From Octopus sinensis (lineage: Eukaryota), in assembly GCF_006345805.1 (NCBI RefSeq), contig NW_021833106.1, forward strand, positions 1 through 61,799: DNA of 61,799 bases, in the 5' to 3' direction. The notes under the pieces were generated by a model that ran no database searches, was not told the DNA's origin, and worked only from the letters and a program-made list of their open reading frames with translations. This document shows positions 51,510-61,799 of this stretch, in pieces. The translations under genes were made by a program, and so were the position numbers. Each line of letters starts with the position of its first letter. Position 1 is the first letter of the stretch.

Positions 51510-52552
51510 TTACCTTTTTTAAAAATTTCTTTTTTTATATATATATAAACCATAAATATTTAAATCTCAAAAATCCTTGGTGCCCCAGCATGGCCACAGC
51601 CTCAGGGCAGAAACATATAAAAGAATAAAAAATAGGTTACAGGGCAAAGAGTTTTGAGAGGAGTGGGATCAGTCGATACCATGGACTTCAGTATATTACT
51701 GGTACATTGTTTTATCGACCCCTGAAGAATGACAGACAAAGTCGACAGTGATGGGATTTGATCCCAGAAAATAAAGAACTGGAAGAAATATCACAAGGGA
51801 TTTTTATCCAACTTTCTAAATATTCCGCCAAACAGCAATAACATAAATAACAACAAAATGCTTGTAATTTTAAAATAATTATAAACGAAAACGGAACTTC
51901 AACACGGTAAAACAATTACTAAAACCGAATGGGGATTGAATTTCCACTAACAACAACAACGACAATAATCAAAACAAGAAAAATAACAACACTGACCATA
52001 TATTCATGGCCGCCAGAAAGATACGTAGGGACAATGAAAAACAAAATATATAAATACAACAAAACAAAATAAAGAAAATAAAATCAAAACCCAATTTAGA
52101 ACATCTTTTCCCATGGACATATAAGAAAAAGAAAAAATGGAAAAAAAAAAATTACAAATTAATAAAAAAAAACAGAAACAAAAAATACACTGTACAGATG
52201 CAGGTATAACCACACTCATACACATGCACATACATACACCCATACATGCATACATACATACATACATACATACATACATACATACATACATACATACATA
52301 CATACATTAGAAGACGGTTAACAGGAATATTGTGTGAACAATCTCTTGTGTCCAGCTGGTCAAAGTGTCCTCGTCTCTGGCCGTTTATCTCTCTATATCT
52401 ATCTTGTTATCTGTTTATCAGCTGCGTATCTATACATCCAGCTCTTTACCTGTTTTTCTTTCTTTCTTTCTTTCTCTCTTTCATTCTCTTTCCTTTCTTA
52501 CGATTTCTGTTGCTACTTCGATATAAATATGAATATATATGTAAATATTAAA

Positions 52553-52564
52553 TAGATAGATAAG

Positions 52565-52613
<49 letters not shown>

Positions 52614-52623
52614 GGAGAGATAA

Positions 52624-52664
<41 letters not shown>

Positions 52665-52669
52665 ATGAC

Positions 52670-52708
<39 letters not shown>

Positions 52709-52773
52709 GAGTTAGACAGACAGATAGATAGATAGATGGACAGTTAGATAGATAGATATATAGATAGATAGAC

Positions 52774-52808
<35 letters not shown>

Positions 52809-52896
52809 CATGTATATTCATGTATCTATGTGCATATATGCGTAGAATACATATCTGTATGTATGTTTTTGTGTGTGTGTGTGTGTGTGCTACTTC

Positions 52897-52969
<73 letters not shown>

Positions 52970-53090
52970 ATATCTATCTATCTATTTATCTATCTATCTA
53001 TCTGTCTGTTTGTCCGTCTGTCTGGCTGGCTGGCTGGCTGGTTGACTGTCTATCTATCCATATCTACTTACATCCATCTGTCTGTTTGTC
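52553..53090. repeat. (GATA)n block and inverted (TATC)n block
   Basis: 52553-52810 is GATA; 52895-53090 is TATC/TGTC. Confidence 0.95.
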
Positions 53091-54260
53091 TCTCTGCAGA
53101 GTGTGTTGGCTAAGGTTGACATATTGCCCTTCGGAATCATAAATCACACAAACCCGAAGAATGTATTTATGCCGCCACCCTTAACACCACTGCTCCCCTT
53201 TACCCCCACCTTCAGTCCGCCCCACTACCCCCTCCATGACCCGATCACAGCCTCTAAATCACACACCATTCTCTTCTCAGCTGACCTTATTGTCCATCAT
53301 TAGTACCGCTAACGCCGCTACCCTCACGCCATGCACCACCGCAACTATAGCCGCCACCATTACCGCCGCTACCGTCGTTCCACCATCTTGATCATCATCA
53401 TCTCCATCACTTGAACCACCACGACTTCCACAATCACTAACACCACCACCCCTGCCGCTGCCACCTTCGTCATTACCGTTGCCGACGTCACCATCACCTT
53501 GACCATCGGCACACCATCACTTCTGCTACCACCGCCGCCTTTATATCAACCACTAACGCTACCACCTTCACCACTATCGCCACTGTAGCCATCACCAAAC
53601 AACAACATGACCGCCACAGAACCACCGGTCACCGACCACCACTACCACCACCACCACCATCAATATAGTCACCATCATCACCCCACTGCTATCAACCTCA
53701 CCATCTGAGACACTTCAGCAACTACAATTGACCACAGCAGCCCAGCGTCTATCGATACGACTGACCGCTTTTTCTAAGTTCCATATGGCGGCGGCTTCGA
53801 CATCAAAGGCTGTTTCCAACGCCGTCGTCGTCGGCGTAGTTGTAGTAGCTGTTGTTAATCTTGTTTTTGTTTTTTCTTGCTTGGGTTTTTTTGACGGTGG
53901 GGAGGGGGGGTGAAACTGTTGTCGTTGTTGTTTAGCCCGAGGACGACCCTCACCGACCGCGGAGATCATTCATCTAAAACACTCCATCGGCGACCATCTA
54001 GTTTTATCATCATTTCATTTTAGCCCATTTTATTATAAAGACAGGACATTTGAGGGAAAATTAGCTGTTATTTCTTGTAGGTCTTGCGAGACCCCATCCT
54101 TAAGTGTTGGCTCATATCTTTGAAATACACGTTTTACATGATTGGTTCTGAAGCATTTTTCACCTATAGACCCCTTTGTTTCCTAACTTACTCCTTTGAA
54201 CTCTTATAACTATTGGATGATTTTTAAAAAATCCTATTTTCATAATTAAATATTATTCAT

Positions 54261-54443
54261 TTATTTGTTTCAATTATTTGACTGCGGCAATGCTGGAGCA
54301 CCGCCTTGAAGTGTTTTGGTCGAACAAATCGACCTCAGGACTTATTCTTTTAAAGCCTAGTACTTCTGTCAGTCTCTTCTGCCGAACCAATTGTCACGTG
54401 TTGATGGAGGAGAGGGGAACACACAGACACACACACAAATATA

Positions 54444-54474
<31 letters not shown>

Positions 54475-54890
54475 TATGACGAACGTCTTTCGATTTCCGT
54501 TTACCAAAACCAGATCACAAGGCTTTAGTCTGCCCGAGGCTGTAGTAGAAAACACTTTTCCCAAGACGGCGAACTGGCAGAAACGTTAGCACGCCGGGCG
54601 AAATGCTTAGCGGTATTTCGTCTGCCGCTACGTTCTGAGTTCAAATTTTGCCGAGGTCGACTTTACCTTTCATCCTTTCGGGGTCGATTAAATAAGTACC
54701 AGTTACGCACTGGAGTCGATATAATCGACTTAATTCGTTTCTCTGTCCTTGTTTGTCCCCTCTATGTTTAGCCCCTTGTGGGTAGTAAAGAAATAAGAAG
54801 ACACTTTTCCAAGGTGCCACGCAGTGGGACTGAACCCAGAACTATGAGGTTGGGAACTTAAGCTCTCACCACACAGCCATGCCTGCGCCT
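54261..54890 (-). mobile_element. SINE family A interrupted by a family B insertion
   Basis: The family A sequence resumes after the TSD at 54796. Confidence 0.85.
54566..54795 (+). mobile_element. SINE family B nested in SINE A, with ~18-bp TSD
   Basis: AGAAAACACTTTTCCCAAG (54547-54565) and AGAAGACACTTTTCCAAG (54796-54813). Confidence 0.9.
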
Positions 54891-55580
54891 ATTGTTACAA
54901 ATTATAAGTAATAAAAAGTAATTAAAATATTTAGCGAATTGTACATGTATAACTAATTTATTGCAGACAGATTTTAAGAATAAAATTTTACATGGGCCCC
55001 TAAGGGCTGTGTGGGCCTCGGTTGAGCACCCCTGCGTTAGATAGTGGTTGCTGTTGTTATTGTTCTTTAGCCACAAGCCAATCTTCATTGGGCAAACCTA
55101 CAATCAAAAGCCATTCCAGGTCATGACCATCCAGACTTGTCTATGGAGGAAAATATGTCCCCACACCACCATTTCACCATGTCCTTTTTCTGGGGCTGCG
55201 GAGAAAATATACAACTATTTCTAGCAGATCGAGTGACCACGTAGAGTGGCTCTCTCCTTGGCTACTTTCAGATGTTGATGTTTAAATATGTCGGCAAACA
55301 TGAAAGGCCACCACGTCACCTCTCACACATACCCAACTCCTACAGCCACCTTTCGTAGCTTCCACACTTCGTTCCACTTCACTTCATCTAAAGCCTGGCT
55401 GTTTCCTCTTTATTTTAACTTTTTTTGTTTTTTGTTTCTATTCTTTCTTTTTTCTCTTTTTTTGTTTAACTTTTTATGTATTCCTTAATTTCTTATTTTT
55501 GTTTCTCTTCCTCTACCAGTCCATCAATTTCGTCAATCTTTCTGTATCGCTTTTTTCCTATCTATTTATCTATCTATCTG

Positions 55581-55642
<62 letters not shown>

Positions 55643-56501
55643 AGACTGTCTGTCTATAACTATCTATCTGCTTCTCTCCCGCTTTCTCTCTCTCTCTCAC
55701 ACTCTCTCTCTCTTTCTTGCTTGTTTCAGTTACCTGACTGGGGCCAAGGGTTTTAATCGAACAAATTGGACCTAGGACTTATGTTTTAAGCCTGGAACTT
55801 ATTGGGGGAACAAACACAGATCGAAAGACACATACACACTTTTAGATACATGCGACAGGCTTTTATCAGTTTCGGTCTACCAAACCCAGGTTGGGGCGAG
55901 GATTATGTATACAACAATTACATTGTGAAAGAGGCATTTTAATCATTTAAGACAAAAGAGAGACAAAAAATGCTCAATTCAGTTACTTTACTTATTTTGT
56001 GGTGTCAGAACTTTCGTTGCATAACTGTGACCTGGACGCTGAAATAGTGTCCCTGATATGTAAATTGATCAGACTAGTTTTGCTCTTTTAAGGTTTGTAT
56101 GTGCTATAAATAGCGATTAAGTATTAATTTGTTCGAGGACGGATGAAACATTCTTTCAGTAGTAGGGAAGGAAACCAGACAGATTGATCCTTAGACCTGA
56201 GACTTTGAAAGTACGGTGTGTGTGTTTGTATGTGTGTGTGCGTGGGGGAGAATATGGTCATTCCATGAACGTTTGCACCTCACCTTCGCTGAATCGACCT
56301 CGGCGAGATTTGAACTCTGAAAGTCATTAATGATATATTTACCGTAACTCTAAATAGTGAAATAAGATAATATATTGCAATAAAAAGTATTTATCTATAT
56401 GTGTATAGATACACATATACATATATATATATATACATACATGTATTCAGACACATATATATATATATATATGTATATATATGTATACATACATACATAC
56501 A

Positions 56502-56537
<36 letters not shown>

Positions 56538-56865
56538 TATATATGTACCAACACACACACACGCACATACTCATACATATGCGTAAATATATATGTGTGT
56601 GTGTGTGTATGCTTTTATCAATGTGTACAAATGTTTTAAATCCGAGAATATGTACAGCCTTTGACGTGTATCCGTATGTATATGTGTGCAGCATGTGATT
56701 GACTCTCAACGTAAACATGTATACGTTTCAGTGTGTCTGTCTGTGTCTATGTACGTATATGCGTGTGTATGTGTGTGTGCTTCAATGTGACTTTGTGTGC
56801 GGTCTATTAACAGAGTAATCATTTTAACGTTGAAAGAATAAAAATTACAATTGACAGTCAGACAT

Positions 56866-56957
56866 CTATAAATTACCCAGAAGTCATCATAAATTACCCA
56901 GGAGTCATCGCTACAAATTACCCAGGAGTCACCACTATAAATTACTCTGCAATCACC
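56866..56957 (+). repeat. ~24-bp minisatellite, about 4 copies
   Basis: ATAAATTACCCAGGAGTCATC(GCT) repeated. Confidence 0.85.
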
Positions 56958-57323
56958 GAACCAATGAGGGGGGCTTCGAGGTGGTCAAACAAACTGTTAA
57001 ATATAGCTACTAAATCTTCCTCAAAATCTTTATTACTGTTTACAATAAGAAGGATGGCTTTCAAAATGTTTTCCGAGTTTTACTTTTATCTTCTTTAATG
57101 CTTTATTCATTTCAGATATTGTATTGCGGTCATGTTGGGGCAATGTCTTGATGAGTTTAGTCGAACTAATTGAACTCAGTAATTGCTTTAAGCTTGGTAT
57201 TTATTATTATCTGTGCCTTTTGTCGAAATGCTTTTTTTTTCTGTTTTTTACAGGGGCGTAAACAAACCAGCGCCGGTTTTCAAGAGATTGTGGGAGATGA
57301 ACACAAACGCAAAGACCCAATAC

Positions 57324-57392
<69 letters not shown>

Positions 57393-57404
57393 ATCTATCT
57401 ACAC

Positions 57405-57462
<58 letters not shown>

Positions 57463-57463
<1 letters not shown>

Positions 57464-57658
57464 GGCGCAGGTGTGGCTATGTGGTAAGTAGCTTGCTTAC
57501 CAACCACATGGTTCCGGGTTCAGTCCCACTGCGTGGCACCTTGGGCAAGTGTCTTCTATTATAGCCTTGGGTTGACCATATATATATGTATGTATGTATT
57601 ATGTATGTATATATATATATATTTATGTATATATATATATATGTATGTATGTATTATG

Positions 57659-57728
<70 letters not shown>

Positions 57729-57960
57729 TGGGGTATGTGTGTGGTGTGTGTGACATTGTGTATATGTTTGTCCCCAACCACCGATTAACCACCCGTGTTG
57801 GTTTGTTTACGTCCCCATAACTTAGCGCTTCGGTAAAACAGATCGATTAAAGTATGTGCCAGGCTTAGAAATAAGATACTAAAGTTGATTTGTTGTGTAA
57901 AATTCCTGATGGCAGTGCCCCAGCATGGCAACAGTCTAATGGCCGAAGCAATTAAAAGAC
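57463..57960 (+). mobile_element. SINE family A with an expanded internal microsatellite
   Basis: Near-consensus head to 57578, about 180 bp of TA/TATG/TG tract, diverged tail. Confidence 0.8.
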
Positions 57961-58825
57961 AAAAGATGTGTGTGTGTGTGTGTGTACACGACGAGCTTTC
58001 TCAGTTTCCGTCTACAGAAGGCACTGATCAGACCGGGGCTATAACTTGCGCAAGATGTCGCACAGTGGGACTTTATCCAAAATCGCGTGGTTTCAAACCT
58101 AGTTTCATATGCACACAGCCAGGCCTTCACCTATGCGAAAACGAACGGTATGGCCATGTGAAACACATTCTTTTTTTAAAAATCCGAGAAACGAGACAAA
58201 ACAATCAAGGATACCGGACTGGCGAAACTCAAAGAGGTTTAGAAGAGATGCCTTGCGGTGTTTTTCGACGCTTTACGCCCTGAGATTTAGAGGGTGCACG
58301 GTTTCATCCACCCCCCGGTTTAACATTAACACCATCATCATCATCTTCCGTACCCACCACATACAGGGGTCTTTTTTCGGGTGGTCGGTGGGAAGAAATA
58401 CAGTTATCGCTAATCCAATGTCTGTAGTTCTTTACATGGCCAATATTTTGGTTTATTGGATTTGAGAAGGATTTTCTGCAAATAATGCGGATTTCTTTGA
58501 TTTTCATATTTTGTTCCCTTCTAGGATTGTTTGTTTCACATATTTTTGTTTTTATATGAGGAAGGAATCAATAAATCCTTTTGGGAATACATAGAGATTC
58601 ATTTGTCTTTAGAGGCCTAGAGCGGTTCACTCTGTTGCAAGCTCTTGGGACCAGGTCACTTGTTTAAAAATCCCTCCTAAGATTCATCCCTGAAGTCTAG
58701 GAAAATCTAGAAAAGTAAAGGGTTAGTAATGTATCCTTCCCTCAGTGACCAAGATGAGAATATGCTGGAATGTATATTTATCAAAAATATTTAGAAAAAA
58801 AATTTATTTTTAATTTTAATTTATA

Positions 58826-59183
58826 CTGGTAGTATCGCCCGGCGTTGCTCGGGTTTGTAAGGGAAATAACTATATAAGCATTTTTAGAGATGTAAAGTAT
58901 AATAGCCATCTCAATATGGCTAACCACAAAGGGGGGTGTTACTGTAGCTTTTTACGTTCTGAGATTTAATAATACATTTTTAGAGAGTTACTTCCCTTAT
59001 ATATGCCAAAAATGCATTAAAAATGGGAAAAAATTATGGTAAATTTGTTTTTAAATCGTAGACTCATCGTAGACGCGCGCTAATACGCTCGATATGAATC
59101 ACGACTATAAGATATGTGGGAGTAGTTAGGAATCTAAATCGTAGGAGACAGACACCACACAACCTCACTTTTATATATATAGA
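58826..59183 (-). mobile_element. Non-autonomous Helitron
   Basis: On the minus strand: A|TCTATATATATAAAA 5' end, 3' hairpin CCCGAGCAACGCCGGG, then CCAG|T (CTRR-like); inserted between A and T with no TSD. Confidence 0.88.
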
Positions 59184-59642
59184 TATTCAATTCCATTTTC
59201 ATTTTTATTTTATGTACATTTTAAATATTTGTATATATATAATTATAATTTAGTATCTATGTTACGAAATTATATTTATATATGTAATTCGTTATCACTT
59301 TCATTTCATTTTTGTTTTAAATATTTCAAATATATTGTTTAATTATATTTCTATACTTACGTTATAACGAATTATATATATATATATTTTATGTATAGGA
59401 ATTTGTCATCCAGACATGGAAAATCTTAAGATTTTTTAGTATTTTAAAATAATTTAGCTTTAAATGGTCTTTCAAACATTGGAATCATTGGATAAATATA
59501 TTTCATTCTAATTTAAATATTTCTCTCTTTTCGTCTCTCCCCCCTCTCTTTTTCCCTTTTCCTCTTCCTCACCACCTCTCTATCCCCCTCTTTCTCTCTC
59601 TTTATACGCACACGTACGTACGTATGTATATATGAATGTATG

Positions 59643-59880
59643 AAGGTGGCGAGCTGGTAGAAACGTTAGCACGCCGGGCGAAATGCTTAGCAGTATATCG
59701 TCTGCCGCTACGTTCTGAGTTCAAATTCCGCCGAGGTCGACTTTGCCTTTCATCCTTTCGGGGTCGATTAAATAAGTAGCAGTTACGCACTGGGGTCGAT
59801 GTAATCGACTTAATCCGTTTTTCTGTCCTTGTTTGTCCTCTCTGTGTTTAGCCCCTTGTGGGTAGTAAAGAAATAGGTAT
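59643..59880 (+). mobile_element. SINE family B, full length, followed by (GTAT)n
   Basis: Near-consensus copy. Confidence 0.92.
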
Positions 59881-60957
59881 GTATGTATGTATGTATGTAT
59901 GTATGTATGTATGTATGTATGTATGTATGTATGTATGTATGCATGTATGTATGTAAGTCGAGCGGAATCGTATTTTGTGATTCGTGTTGGGATAGAATCT
60001 TTTAGATAACAAAAACCGGCTGATAAATTTAAGGACAGGGTATATAAAATACCCTCAGCATGGTTTGAACTCGTTTATTTTGGAACAACTTTATAAAAGT
60101 TTCCATTGTTTTAAAATTTCCATTGAATATATTTGCGTGCGTCAGTTTATGTGTATGTGTGTGTGTGCGCGTACACACACACACAAACACACTCATACAC
60201 ACACATGCATGCATTTTAATGTATTTATGTACAAGTATTTATTTGTGTCGGAATATAAGTGTATGTATGTAAGTCGGCGCGCGAGAATACGCACACACAC
60301 ACACATATATATATATATACATATATATATAATTATATATGCTCACACACCACACAAACACACATGTGTCCGTATGTATGTATCTATGCAAGTTGTAATA
60401 ACTTAATATCTTTATAACGGGCAATAAAAATTAAAAACTTTTACGTCTGTGGTGAGGAAACGTTTAAAATGATACGAAACGATGGCTGTTGTTAAAATGT
60501 GGCAATTCCGTTTGATTTATTTGATTAAAACAGACGATATCAGCGGGACAATAAATCAAAGCTGCACACCACACTTTCACACCTCACTGATTCATTACCT
60601 CTGTTTATCGACTTTTAACAAGCTCTATCTCGACCTATTCTCCTCTCCTTAAGCTTGCTTTACAGACACAGTTGATACTGGAGTTTTATGTTTCTGTCAA
60701 TCTTTGCTTTCTATAATTTATCCAACTCTTTCTTTCTCTTTCAATCCCTCTCTTTCTCTTTGTCTTTCTCTTCCCTCCTCTTCTCTCGCTTTCTCTTTTT
60801 CGAGCTCATTCTCCTCTGTCATTCAAAGACATATACCAAACATATACAGACACAAATACGCATGTACATATGTATGTGAGGACACCACTTTTGTTAAATA
60901 CCATACACTTCGTATTGAGTTCTCTTTTCTCTTGTTCGTAAAACACTTTTGTTATTT

Positions 60958-61560
60958 TGCCACAAGACCAGTAATTTTAAGAGGTGGTGAAGTTGAATAC
61001 ATCGACTTCAGTGCTCAACTGGGATCTTTTCGGTTTGAACGGCAGTTTTTTCTAGCGGTGTCATATGAAATTGTCGCCCATAATTATGACCCTAGTATCG
61101 ATCTATTGCATTTCAATCGTTTTAGGGTTAGGGTTACGGGTGGGGGGAAGGGTATCTTTTTTTCTTCACAAATGTAAATAAATCCAATCTGTTTTTTAAA
61201 CGAGGGACATATTCATACGGCACAAGATGGACGTCATTGATTGGTTGAAGTTACAGAAATTGAAGAAAAAAACAACAAATATCTTACAAACTATAAAATT
61301 TTCTCAATAAAGCCAAGAGAAAAAGATGTTTTATAAACACATTCTACCAATATACGAAGTTTAAAATTTTTTAGTTACCTAGAAATTATGTTAAAAACTG
61401 CCGTTCAAACCGAAAAGATCCCTCAACTGGGTACTTATTTTATCAACCCCGAAAAGCAAAGTCGACCTCGGCGTAATTTGAATTCAGAGCGTAAACACAG
61501 ACGAAATGCTGCTAGCATTTTGCCCAGCGTGCTGACGATTCTGCCAGCTTGCCCCCTTAA
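60958..61560 (-). mobile_element. SINE family B2 interrupted by a MITE
   Basis: The halves at 60958-61021 and 61422-61560 join across the TSD CTCAACTG. Confidence 0.8.
61022..61421. mobile_element. GGATC-TIR MITE (Merlin-like), same family as 9109-9529
   Basis: Perfect TIR GGATCTTTTCGGTTTGAACGGCAGTTTTT; TSD CTCAACTG at 61014-61021 and 61422-61429. Confidence 0.92.
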
Positions 61561-61709
61561 ATTATTCTCTTTACTATGGGCGCCAGGCCTGAAACTTTTA
61601 TGGGGAGGAGTAGTCAATGACATCGATTTTAGTACTCAACAGATACTTTGTCTTAAGCAAGATATTTTGCCCGACGTGCAAACGATTCTGCGAGGTTGTC
61701 GCCTTTCTG

Positions 61710-61799
61710 CTTGTTGCTGTCAATTGACTGTGGCCATGCTGGAGCACCGCCACTTAGTCGAAGAAATCGATCCCTGGACTTACTCTTTGTAAGCCAGAT
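61710..61799 (-). mobile_element. SINE family A 3' end, running off the window
   Basis: TTGACTGTGGCCATGCTGGAGCACCGCC..GACTTACTCTTTGTAAGCC. Confidence 0.8.

Overview
Eukaryotic, AT-rich, repeat-dominated window with no intact protein-coding gene that I can support. The SINE families and very high microsatellite load suggest an octopod cephalopod intergenic or intronic region (inference from repeat content). It holds tRNA-derived SINEs of several families, a decayed mariner transposase, a Penelope-like (PLE) reverse transcriptase fragment, 3' ends of RLE-type (R4/Dong-like) and RTE-type LINEs, MITEs (hAT, Tc1-like, and a GGATC-TIR family with 8-bp TSDs), a non-autonomous Helitron and a Helentron-type element. 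The standout is a 5.6-kb tandem array at 40420-46043 of about 12 near-identical ~476-478 bp monomers sitting between (TA)n tracts. Each monomer carries one predicted type I hammerhead ribozyme (GUUCUG-CUGACGA-stem II with GCAA loop-GAAA-stem III-AUA-CAGAAC). The array flips orientation at 43168, so both arms run 5'->3' outward into (TA)n. This is what a retrozyme-like circular RNA copied by rolling-circle reverse transcription from both target ends would leave. Three shorter (TA)n-anchored elements with minimal PLE-style hammerheads occur nearby (38.3, 47.7 and 49.4 kb). No ribozyme activity is shown; structures were folded by eye. Scattered single-base indels between repeat copies suggest an incompletely polished long-read assembly, so fine details need read-level confirmation.
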